A stretch of DNA of 64,000 nucleotides from Oscillospiraceae bacterium (GTDB lineage: Bacteria > Bacillota > Clostridia > Oscillospirales > CAG-382), in the NCBI GenBank assembly GCA_015063785.1, contig SVTM01000005.1, positions 35,841-99,840 of the forward strand, written 5' to 3'. The position numbers were made by a program, and so were the translations under genes. The notes under the pieces are model-generated. The model was given only the letters and a program-made list of their open reading frames with translations, was not told the origin of the DNA and did no database searches. Positions 20,856 through 29,538 of this stretch are shown here, piece by piece (position 1 is the stretch's first letter; each line of letters opens with the position of its first letter).

Positions 20856-21992
20856 ATGGCAGGTTATTCATATTACAAAAAGAAACAGACAAAAAGCTCG
20901 GATAACGAAAATTTATCCGAGCTTAAAGCACGTATAAAGGAAAAATCTCCTGCTGGTATATACCTTTTCCGAGGCGAAGAGGAATATATGAAGCGGTTTT
21001 ATTTTTCTGAGCTCTGCAAATCCTCAGGCGACAGCGACAGCAATGTTAATGTTATCGACGCCGAGGATTTCAGCTATGAAAGATTGCTCGATGCGGTAAA
21101 CACCGCCCCTGCTATAGATTACAGCGACAGTTTTTTTGCTGACGAGGTTGATTTTTCCGGGCCCCCTGCCATCCGCGTCATCAAAGCAGACGGAGTGCCC
21201 ATTGACAAGATGAACGACAAAGAAAAGAGCGACCTTGCCCGTCTTTGCGAGTATTTTCCGTCTGGAGTATGTCTTGTATTTTATTATTCCCATAACCCAA
21301 AAAAGGAATCGGAATATGCGAAAAGTGTAAAAGTGCTTTCAAAGTGCGAAAATGTGCTTGAAATACAGTTTGATCACGAATCTCCCACAAGTCCGTCGCT
21401 GAAAAAATGGGTGAAACGCCATTTTGATGCAAAAAAGATTGTGATTGATGCTGCAAGCGTGGACTATTTTATCGAAGCTGTGGGCAACGATATGTGTACC
21501 CTTATTTCCGAGATCGAAAAGCTTTGTGCATATGCTTTGTGCCGTGAGCTTCCGACGGTGTACAATGAAGATATTGATTTTGTCTGCATAAGAAATACTC
21601 AGGCTCGGCTTGATGATGTGTCAAAAGGTATTTTTGACGGGGATTATGGCAGAGCAATGGCGGCGCTTTCGGTGTTGAAGGCAGAAAAAGAATCTGAAAT
21701 CTATATTTTTGGCGCTATTTCCAACAAGGCAAGCGAGCTTTATACCGTTGACTATTACAAGAGTCTCGGAATGAATATTGCCGAGATTTCGGCAAAAACG
21801 GGAATTCGGGATTTTGTTGTAAAAAATGATTTCAGAATCCTTTCGAATCTTTATGCCCGAACAAAAAACGGTGCTCCGAATCCGTGTGAACGCATTGTCA
21901 GAATAATTTCGTCATATGACGAAAAGATGAAATCCTCTGCCGTGAACAAATACCTTTTGCTTGAAAATATGATTTTCAGGCTTTGCAGATAG
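20856..21992 (+). CDS. holA: DNA polymerase III delta subunit
   Basis: IYLFRGEEEY, VGNDM..LISEIEKL, C-terminal LLENMIFRL. Confidence 0.85.
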   Translation: MAGYSYYKKKQTKSSDNENLSELKARIKEKSPAGIYLFRGEEEYMKRFYFSELCKSSGDSDSNVNVIDAEDFSYERLLDAVNTAPAIDYSDSFFADEVDFSGPPAIRVIKADGVPIDKMNDKEKSDLARLCEYFPSGVCLVFYYSHNPKKESEYAKSVKVLSKCENVLEIQFDHESPTSPSLKKWVKRHFDAKKIVIDAASVDYFIEAVGNDMCTLISEIEKLCAYALCRELPTVYNEDIDFVCIRNTQARLDDVSKGIFDGDYGRAMAALSVLKAEKESEIYIFGAISNKASELYTVDYYKSLGMNIAEISAKTGIRDFVVKNDFRILSNLYARTKNGAPNPCERIVRIISSYDEKMKSSAVNKYLLLENMIFRLCR

Positions 21993-22013
21993 CACGGAGT
22001 TTATAAAAAATAT

Positions 22014-22050
22014 AAAATGCTGAACAATACCGTTCAGCATTTTTCATTTT
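22014..22050. terminator. Bidirectional intrinsic terminator
   Basis: AAAATGCTGAAC/GTTCAGCATTTT between convergent genes. Confidence 0.85.
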
Positions 22051-22053
22051 TTC

Positions 22054-22812
22054 TTATATATCTGTAACGCCTGTATCTGTTTTTGATTCAAAGCTTTTTT
22101 TATATTCCTTCGGGGACACTGCGGTTATAGATTTGAATTTTTTGGAAAAATATACATAGTCAGTATATCCGCACTGCTCCGCTATTTGTTGCAGCGAAAG
22201 AGTTTTCGAATATACTTCAATAAGAAAAACAGCGTGTTTTATTCTTATGTCGTGCAAAAAAGCCACCGGTGTTTTTCCCGTGAGTTTTTTGAAATACGAT
22301 CGTATATAATCCTCTGCATAACCGCTTTTTTTAAGCATTCTCCTGATATTTATATTGTAATCAAAATAATTCTCAGCAATTTCATCCATTATTTTTCCGA
22401 CTGCAGAGCTTATGACTTTTGTTGTATTTACATATTGCAGAATAAAATGGATATATGCTGAGCAGAGCTTTGAAAGATAACTGTGGGATTTGTGTCGGTT
22501 GTTATATATCATTTCTGCCAGCATTTTGCCTTCGCAAAAGGAGTTGTCAGATAATGATACGATGTCTTTGAAGTGAAAAAGGTTTTCAAAATCTCCACCT
22601 ATCGATATGTTTTTGAATCCGTATTCTGAGGTCGAACCGTGTTCTGTATGCGGAGGGACAATAATAATACTTCCCGGCGAAAAAGGATAGTTTATATTTT
22701 TTGTGCGAAGATGTCCTGTTCCTTTCAGATAAAGCATGATCTCATAATTGTTGTGCTTGTGCATCGGATATGTTGTGATTCCGTCTAGTGTGCGGTTTAT
22801 TTGCAGATCCAT
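22054..22812 (-). CDS. AraC family regulator
   Basis: N-terminal cupin HKHNNYEI; C-terminal IAEQCGYTDYVYFSKKFK..SPKEY. Confidence 0.92.
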   Translation of the reverse strand: MDLQINRTLDGITTYPMHKHNNYEIMLYLKGTGHLRTKNINYPFSPGSIIIVPPHTEHGSTSEYGFKNISIGGDFENLFHFKDIVSLSDNSFCEGKMLAEMIYNNRHKSHSYLSKLCSAYIHFILQYVNTTKVISSAVGKIMDEIAENYFDYNINIRRMLKKSGYAEDYIRSYFKKLTGKTPVAFLHDIRIKHAVFLIEVYSKTLSLQQIAEQCGYTDYVYFSKKFKSITAVSPKEYKKSFESKTDTGVTDI

Positions 22813-22935
22813 GGTATACCTCCTTTGCTTTATTATAGCACCGATCTATGTTTTATACAAGTTTTTTCATAAAATAACATAACTGAACAATAAAGATCTG
22901 TGTTAAAATACAATATATTAAGGAGGTGGTCTTCC

Positions 22936-24027
22936 GTGAAACAGCTGAAAGGCTTAAAAAAAGGAATGGGTATTGGCGGTTGGCTTACAAACTATAAAAG
23001 ATTCAATGTTTTGCCAAAAGATCGGAGAATGGTCATCACAATCGGCGATATGGAGCATTTTGAAAGCTATATCACCGAAAAAGATGTGGAGTATATTGCA
23101 TCTCTCGGGCTTGATCATATTCGTTTAGGTTTTGACCAAGTTGTCATTGAGGAAAGCGCATTCAAATACAGAGAAAAGATCATCGGTCTTCTTCGCAATT
23201 TTGCGGGATGGTGCAAAAAGTATGATCTTCGTCTTGTTCTGAATATGCATAAGGCTATCGGAAATTATTGTGACATTCCCGAAGAATCGGGACTGATGCA
23301 AAACGAAGAGCTTCAGAACAGATTTATTGCCGTATGGATAAAGCTGGAGGAGGTTTTTTCGGATGAAAAAGACATTGTGTTTGAGCTTCTGAACGAGGTT
23401 GTCGGTTCCACCGCAGATGAATGGAACGCCGTCGCGGAAAAAACAGTCTGCGCCATCAGGAATCTTAACAAAGACCGCTTGATAATAATCGGCGGTACAG
23501 AATGGAACACTCCTCCGGGACTTGATACTGTTAAAATATACGATGATGAAAATATAATATACACCTTCCATTGCTATGCTCCGTTTGAATTTACGCATCA
23601 GCAGGGAGTCTTGCAGGCAAGCACCTTGTATTACAACCGAAAAATGCCATATCCGACAGATGATATTGAGCGTTACAGGGAGTTTCATAGACTTCACGGA
23701 AGAAATGATTCATATATTGACATCGACAAAATGGACATTGATTATCTCAGAAGCTATTTAAGTCCCGCAAAAAGATTTATTGAGAACCATCCCGATAAGA
23801 TATTGTGGTGCGGAGAATTTGGCACTATCAGACATTGTAACATCAAATACAGAGAAAACTGGATGCGTGACATGATAACAATTCTGAAGGAATGGGACAT
23901 TCCGTATTGTGTGTGGAACTATTTAAGCACTCCAAATGACGGAAACAAATTCAGCCTTGTTGATGATGACGACCGCAAAATATTGAGTGACGAAATGGCA
24001 AGAATAATCCGCGGAGAAGTAGAATAA
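22936..24027 (+). CDS. Glycoside hydrolase family 5 (cytoplasmic)
   Basis: DHIRL, FELLNEV acid/base, YTFHCY, CGEFG nucleophile; GTG start after AGGAGG; no signal peptide. Confidence 0.88.
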   Translation: MKQLKGLKKGMGIGGWLTNYKRFNVLPKDRRMVITIGDMEHFESYITEKDVEYIASLGLDHIRLGFDQVVIEESAFKYREKIIGLLRNFAGWCKKYDLRLVLNMHKAIGNYCDIPEESGLMQNEELQNRFIAVWIKLEEVFSDEKDIVFELLNEVVGSTADEWNAVAEKTVCAIRNLNKDRLIIIGGTEWNTPPGLDTVKIYDDENIIYTFHCYAPFEFTHQQGVLQASTLYYNRKMPYPTDDIERYREFHRLHGRNDSYIDIDKMDIDYLRSYLSPAKRFIENHPDKILWCGEFGTIRHCNIKYRENWMRDMITILKEWDIPYCVWNYLSTPNDGNKFSLVDDDDRKILSDEMARIIRGEVE

Positions 24028-24064
24028 TTTTTTTCGGTAAACACAAAAATTTTGTATTAATAGA

Positions 24065-24097
24065 AAAACAGAGATGCAATTTTTGCATCTCTGTTTT
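24065..24097. terminator. Bidirectional intrinsic terminator
   Basis: 15-bp perfect stem AAAACAGAGATGCAA/TTGCATCTCTGTTTT. Confidence 0.85.
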
Positions 24098-24121
24098 GCA
24101 ATATTGGCTTAAATTCAAAGC

Positions 24122-25945
24122 TTATTTTATCGGGAAGTAGGTAAGCATTTCCTGCTCGCCGCGGTTTGCAAAGGCAAAATAAGGAATCATTTTAAGGTTG
24201 CCTGCAATCTTCTTTGGCGGTTCTTCCGAATAGATATCGTCAGACGAAATCTGCCTTTCGCCCGAAATCACGATTCCCGGAACGCCGTATTTTCCGTCTG
24301 TCACTTCAATTTTTGCATTTGTGTCTGCAAAGAAGTTTTCGACAGATTCATTGTCGGCGGTTTCCGCACAGTAAACGCAGGGACCGTACATAACGGCGAC
24401 ACGACCGATATTATCGTAAATATTTGTGTTGGCGTATACAAAGCGTGCTTTGAGGCAAAGGTCGATCTCAACGTCAAGTTTTGCGCCGACCTCAATGAAA
24501 GCATAGCCGTTTTCAACAGTATATTCTGCGGAAATTTCGGGATGTTTGCAGTAATAAGGAATTCTTACGGCAATCTTTTTAAAGCCTTCGGCTTTAACGC
24601 TGATTTTACCGTTTTTGGGGAATTCGGTCGAAAGGCAAACGCTCTTTCCGTCCTTTTTATAAGACGAAGAAATGAACTGATTTACAAAAATGATATCCTC
24701 TTCTGCAGAATAAGAATAGATATAATTGCCTATACCTGCCACCGTTCTTACAATATTGGGAGGGCAGCAGGAGCAACCGAACATTTTCTGACGGACACGG
24801 GGAATATAATGTCCTGCGCGGATAAAGTCATAGAATTTTACGGCATAATCCTCGTTTCTGATCTCAAGAGGGTTTTCGTAGAAGAAAGAATCACCGTCAA
24901 GCGACACGCCCGAAAGGGTGTTGTTGTAGAGTGTACGCTCCATTATGTCGCCGTAGTAAGAGTTTGTTTCGCAAAGTTCGAGTCTTCTTGCATACATACC
25001 GAGCGAGATAGAAGCACAGGTTTCGGCATATGCCGTTTTGTTGGGCAGGTGCCAGTCGGAGGTGTATCTTTCGCCCATATATGTCGAGCCCTGACCGCCT
25101 GTGATATACATTCTCTTCTTTGTGGCGTTGTCAAAAACTCTCTTGCAGGCATCAAGAAGCTCTTTGTCCTGCGTTTCGTACGCAAGATCGCAGACGCCCG
25201 ACATGAGGTAGTTCAGTCTTACACAGTGTCCTTCGGCATATTTTGCTTCTCTGATCTTCACATTGTCAAGGGCATAAAGAGGATCGTTGAAGAGGGGCTT
25301 GTCCTTATCATTGTTCGAGCGCTTTTCGATGAAGAAAGAGCAAAGGTCAAGATATTTCTTGTTGCCCGTGGTGCGATATAGCTTGATGAGGGCAAGCTCG
25401 ATCTCGGGGTGACCGGGAGTTACGAAATATGCACTTTCTTCTTCCACAAAGATCTTGTAAATAAGATCTGCGAAGCGGGACATGAGGTTAAGATATGTAT
25501 CTTTGCCGGTAGCCTCAAAGTATGCACACGCCGCCTCCATGTGGTGGCCGGCACAATAAAGCTCGTGGTTGTTTCTGTCTGTGAATCTTTCGGCAAGACC
25601 GAAAAGGTTATAGTACATATTGAAATAGCCGTCCTGAGTCATGTTTTTTTCAAGACCAGCTACCATGTAATCGATCTTTTTTTCGATCTCTTCGTTTTTC
25701 TCATGCATAAGGATGTAGGAAGCGCCCTCGATCCACTTTGCTATATCCGAATCCCAGAAAAGATACGGCTTTTTTCCGTCTCCGTCGGCAGGACGCCACG
25801 TGCACCAAAAAGCTTCGATCTTTCCCATATCGTCAAAACGGTTGTAAACCGCGCCAAGGGTTACGTTTCGGTTTATCTTTTGACGCTCTTTCCAAAATCC
25901 GTCGAGAATTTTTACGTCTTTACAGCTAATGGCAGAAGTTTTCAT
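24122..25945 (-). CDS. GH127 beta-L-arabinofuranosidase family
   Basis: WDSDIAKWIE, HELYCAGH, GHPEIELAL, YAETCAS, CSCCPPN. Confidence 0.92.
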   Translation of the reverse strand: MKTSAISCKDVKILDGFWKERQKINRNVTLGAVYNRFDDMGKIEAFWCTWRPADGDGKKPYLFWDSDIAKWIEGASYILMHEKNEEIEKKIDYMVAGLEKNMTQDGYFNMYYNLFGLAERFTDRNNHELYCAGHHMEAACAYFEATGKDTYLNLMSRFADLIYKIFVEEESAYFVTPGHPEIELALIKLYRTTGNKKYLDLCSFFIEKRSNNDKDKPLFNDPLYALDNVKIREAKYAEGHCVRLNYLMSGVCDLAYETQDKELLDACKRVFDNATKKRMYITGGQGSTYMGERYTSDWHLPNKTAYAETCASISLGMYARRLELCETNSYYGDIMERTLYNNTLSGVSLDGDSFFYENPLEIRNEDYAVKFYDFIRAGHYIPRVRQKMFGCSCCPPNIVRTVAGIGNYIYSYSAEEDIIFVNQFISSSYKKDGKSVCLSTEFPKNGKISVKAEGFKKIAVRIPYYCKHPEISAEYTVENGYAFIEVGAKLDVEIDLCLKARFVYANTNIYDNIGRVAVMYGPCVYCAETADNESVENFFADTNAKIEVTDGKYGVPGIVISGERQISSDDIYSEEPPKKIAGNLKMIPYFAFANRGEQEMLTYFPIK

Positions 25946-26067
25946 TTTTTGTCTCCTTCTTGAAAAAATAGCTTGACTTCAAGCCGTGTTTACCTTACAA
26001 TCTAATTATATACGAAAACAAGTAGTATTCAAGTCCAAAATTTCAGATAAAAGTGAGAAAATCCGAC

Positions 26068-26856
26068 ATGATTGAAAACAATGTGTTTAAAACAGATACC
26101 GACGATATCGTTTTTGAAAGCTGCGGTCAGTTTGTTTCGCGAGGGGAATGGATCCATCCCAGAAGAGTGGGAAATTCATTTGAAATAATTCTTGTTCTTT
26201 CGGGAAAGGTATATATTTGTGAGGAAGGCGAAAGCTTTGTGCTTGAAAAAAACGATGTTCTGATACTTTCTCCGAAAAAAGAGCATTTTGGTTATCGCAC
26301 GTCTAAAGACGTCTCGTTTTTTTGGCTTCATTTTTATTCGGATGCCATTCTTTGCGAAAAGCATTTCAGCTTTTCCGATACCGCACAGCTTGTTTTGCTT
26401 TTCAGAATGCTTTTGCATTGCAAAAACACGCCGTTTTATCCCACATCTTCAGCAGAATACCTGACGCGCCTTATTATAAACGAAATCTCTTTTTTATCCA
26501 AAAAGGTGGAAAAATCCGACAACGCTGCATACAAGGCGGCGGAATATGTGACGTCAAATTTGCGGCTGCGTCTGACTGTGGCAGACGTGGCGGCGCATCT
26601 TGGATATAATCCCGACTATCTTTGCCGTCTTTTTAGTCGTGTCTTTGGAACAAATCTAAAAAAATTTATTGCAGATGAAACAATAAAAAGAGCAAAGATG
26701 ATACTGAACGACGGGGCAAAAACTCCCGGAATGGCGGCAAGCGAGCTTGGTTTTGAAAACGAGAATCTTTTTTCAAAATTTTTCAAATACCACGAGGGGG
26801 TAACGCCCTCGCAATACATTTCAATGTGCTACAACACACATATAAATTTTAAATAA
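26068..26856 (+). CDS. AraC family regulator
   Basis: WIHPRR cupin, YNPDYLCRLF, FSKFFKYHEGVTP. Confidence 0.9.
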   Translation: MIENNVFKTDTDDIVFESCGQFVSRGEWIHPRRVGNSFEIILVLSGKVYICEEGESFVLEKNDVLILSPKKEHFGYRTSKDVSFFWLHFYSDAILCEKHFSFSDTAQLVLLFRMLLHCKNTPFYPTSSAEYLTRLIINEISFLSKKVEKSDNAAYKAAEYVTSNLRLRLTVADVAAHLGYNPDYLCRLFSRVFGTNLKKFIADETIKRAKMILNDGAKTPGMAASELGFENENLFSKFFKYHEGVTPSQYISMCYNTHINFK

Positions 26857-28444
26857 AAAAAGATAAAGCAAAAAGGGATATCACCACAGAAAGGGTGACT
26901 ATCAGATTGCAAAAACCCGAATATACGATAAATTTCTTTTCCAAAAACACGCAGGATAACAAAAATATCAAAAACATTGCCACAAACATATATATCGAAA
27001 ATGGTGGGATATGAAAGCTTGCGTATGAAAAAGGCACCGATGCAAAAACTTTTGCACATAGATCCAGAAGATATATAAAAACTTTCGGAACGAACGCCAG
27101 AATCGAAAGCAAGGGGGTTGGTAAAAAGCAAAGAAAAGCGCACAACACGAGAAAATACATTAGTATCGGAAAGAAAAAGGATGCGGCAAGGTTTGATATC
27201 GGCGATATAATCGAGATGCCGCCGAACATTGTAACAACCGGGATTGCCGCAAAGGTTTGGGCATAAACACTGGCGTTTATGGTGTTTTTAAGTTTGTAAA
27301 AGAGAGTTGAAGTGTTGTTGAAATAACTATCCCGCGCTGTTCCCGCAAAGACAAGACCTGTCATTGCAAGGTATGAAAGAAGGGTGCTTGTATCAAAAAT
27401 GCAAAAAGGATTTGCAACAGAAATTGCAATAAACGACACGGCAAGCACCGAAAAATTGTCATAATGTCTGCCTGAAAGCTCGGAAAAATAAAAACACATA
27501 CTCATTATTGTTGCTCTCACCACAGAGCCACGAAAACCCGTTATTGTCATTATGAAAAGCAGAAAAAATATCATGGCAATGGCTTGGAGCTTTTTGGAAA
27601 AATGCAGTTTTTTAAGAAAAAATTCGATAAAAGCCGACGTGATCACCACGTGAAGTCCCGAAATGCAAAGAATGGCGATAAGTCCCGAACGGGTAAAAAC
27701 ATCAAAGACGCTTTGCGAAAAGTGCGATCTGTCGCCCGTCAAAAGTGCCATGGCGTACGAAAAGGTGTCGACACCGCCGAAAGAAGAAAAAACCGTTTGC
27801 AGGTTGTCTTTTATATAATAATAGTAGTTGTGGACAATATTTCTTTTGCCGCTTTCTATTCTGCCAAGGCGAGTTAGCTCGTTGGCACAGACTCCGATGT
27901 AACATCCCTCTGACAAAGCTTTTTCTTTCGACGGGAAACCGCCTGTAAATTGCATAACCTGGCTTTTGTTGAGATAACTGAAGGATATTCCCGAAAATTC
28001 TATCTCATCGTAGACTTCACATGGAATTATCTTGTTATATACAACAACAGCTTTTGCATCTGTTGCGTTTTTTCCGCTCTGCAAAAGAGAAACGTAAAGC
28101 ACTGTTTTATTGTAATATACGCTTTTGTCTTCCACTATGGCGTGCATTTTGGTTGTGTTTTCGTTGTCGGTGTCCGAAAGCATTTTTTCGGCGCGGCGAG
28201 AACCGAGCAGAAGATGAAATACGGGACAGATAAGACAACACGCCAGCAAAAAGCAAAAAATGCTAAATTTGTTTTTGGCGACAAAAAGGAAGACTGCCGC
28301 CGCCAAAACCGCAGCCAGGGCACAGATGGCGGCGACAATATACAATCCTTTTGCACACAAAAACGCCGAAAAAACAAAAAAGATGGCAAAAAGCACGCCC
28401 GGTCTTTTAAGACTTATGATGTTTTTTGCCATTCTTATTTCCAT
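26849..28444 (-). CDS. comEC: ComEC/Rec2 competence channel (no metallo-beta-lactamase domain)
   Basis: ALLTGDR, ISGLHV, SVVRATIM, NP..IFD....LSY; multi-TM. Confidence 0.87.
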   Translation of the reverse strand: MEIRMAKNIISLKRPGVLFAIFFVFSAFLCAKGLYIVAAICALAAVLAAAVFLFVAKNKFSIFCFLLACCLICPVFHLLLGSRRAEKMLSDTDNENTTKMHAIVEDKSVYYNKTVLYVSLLQSGKNATDAKAVVVYNKIIPCEVYDEIEFSGISFSYLNKSQVMQFTGGFPSKEKALSEGCYIGVCANELTRLGRIESGKRNIVHNYYYYIKDNLQTVFSSFGGVDTFSYAMALLTGDRSHFSQSVFDVFTRSGLIAILCISGLHVVITSAFIEFFLKKLHFSKKLQAIAMIFFLLFIMTITGFRGSVVRATIMSMCFYFSELSGRHYDNFSVLAVSFIAISVANPFCIFDTSTLLSYLAMTGLVFAGTARDSYFNNTSTLFYKLKNTINASVYAQTFAAIPVVTMFGGISIISPISNLAASFFFPILMYFLVLCAFLCFLPTPLLSILAFVPKVFIYLLDLCAKVFASVPFSYASFHIPPFSIYMFVAMFLIFLLSCVFLEKKFIVYSGFCNLIVTLSVVISLFALSFFI

Positions 28445-28457
28445 TTTTCTCCGTAGC

Positions 28458-29519
28458 TCAATCGTTGTATGACCAGTGATCGTACAGATCCTCGTCGTCG
28501 TAATATCTCTCGAACGTTTCTGCCGTAAAATCTTTTACAAGGGCGTCAAGATCGTTTTCCTTGCCGTATTCAACCGTCATTTCAAAAAGAAAGTCATCGG
28601 CAAATCCGCCATAGAAGCTGATCTTTCCGTAAACAAAGCCGCCATCAAGGATAACGTCATAGTATTCTCGGCATTTTGCAAGAAAATCTTCCTTTGTGTT
28701 CAGCTGGGAATAAAACGCCACGTCAAAGACCATTTCGGTGCAAAGGGCATCGGGATCCTTAAGCGCCGCGCCTGTTATCTTGGTGTCGTCGATGTTGATG
28801 CGGACAACTCGCGTTTCATCGGGGAGCTCAAGCTCGAACAACGAAGTGAGAATGTTGCTTCGCGCTGTGAGATATTTGTGCTCGTAAAAGTTGTTGTAGC
28901 CGTCGATGATATTTTCGGGATCTTTGGCACAGATGTCTGCGCTCATAACTGCATCTTCCGAGAAGGCAACTTTTGTCATATATGCTTTTTCTTCAAAATC
29001 GTAATAGGTATATTTGACATCGGGTGCAGATTGCCCGTAGCTTTCGTTTATATACGAAAGATTGTTGCTTTGCGCGCTGATCGCCGAAAAAGGATTTCCG
29101 AACAGAAAAGCGTAAAGAACGATCGCTGCAACAAAAAGGATTACCGAAAGAATACATGTTACGGCTCTTTTTGATTTGTCAACAACAAAAGTAACCACAA
29201 GGCGTTTGATGAATATTCCGACGAACGCAAAGGCGACGGAGATGAGCGCCATAAGAAACGCCACTTTTTCAGAGCCTGCCTCGATGAGAGTGAAAAACAA
29301 TACGAAGGCAAAAACGAGTGCGCAGGTCAGCCTTTTTTTGTTATAAAACAGAGTTGCTGCGGCAGGCAGGATAAAAACAAAGGGGATTGTGCGCAATATT
29401 CCGCTCGATTCGAGCATGCTTGCCGTTGCTCCTATCATAAGCAATGTGTATACCGCAAGAAACAGCAAGTTTTTGACGATTAAAGCTTTGTTTGTTTTTA
29501 CGTTTGCGTTTTCGTTCAT
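28458..29519 (-). CDS. Hypothetical membrane protein (about 5 TM plus acidic soluble domain)
   Basis: Hydrophobic N-half ending FLFGNP; ATG at 29519 avoids overlap with ygiQ. Confidence 0.7.
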   Translation of the reverse strand: MNENANVKTNKALIVKNLLFLAVYTLLMIGATASMLESSGILRTIPFVFILPAAATLFYNKKRLTCALVFAFVLFFTLIEAGSEKVAFLMALISVAFAFVGIFIKRLVVTFVVDKSKRAVTCILSVILFVAAIVLYAFLFGNPFSAISAQSNNLSYINESYGQSAPDVKYTYYDFEEKAYMTKVAFSEDAVMSADICAKDPENIIDGYNNFYEHKYLTARSNILTSLFELELPDETRVVRINIDDTKITGAALKDPDALCTEMVFDVAFYSQLNTKEDFLAKCREYYDVILDGGFVYGKISFYGGFADDFLFEMTVEYGKENDLDALVKDFTAETFERYYDDEDLYDHWSYND

Positions 29520-29538
29520 AAGCTTTTGCCTTTCGTTT

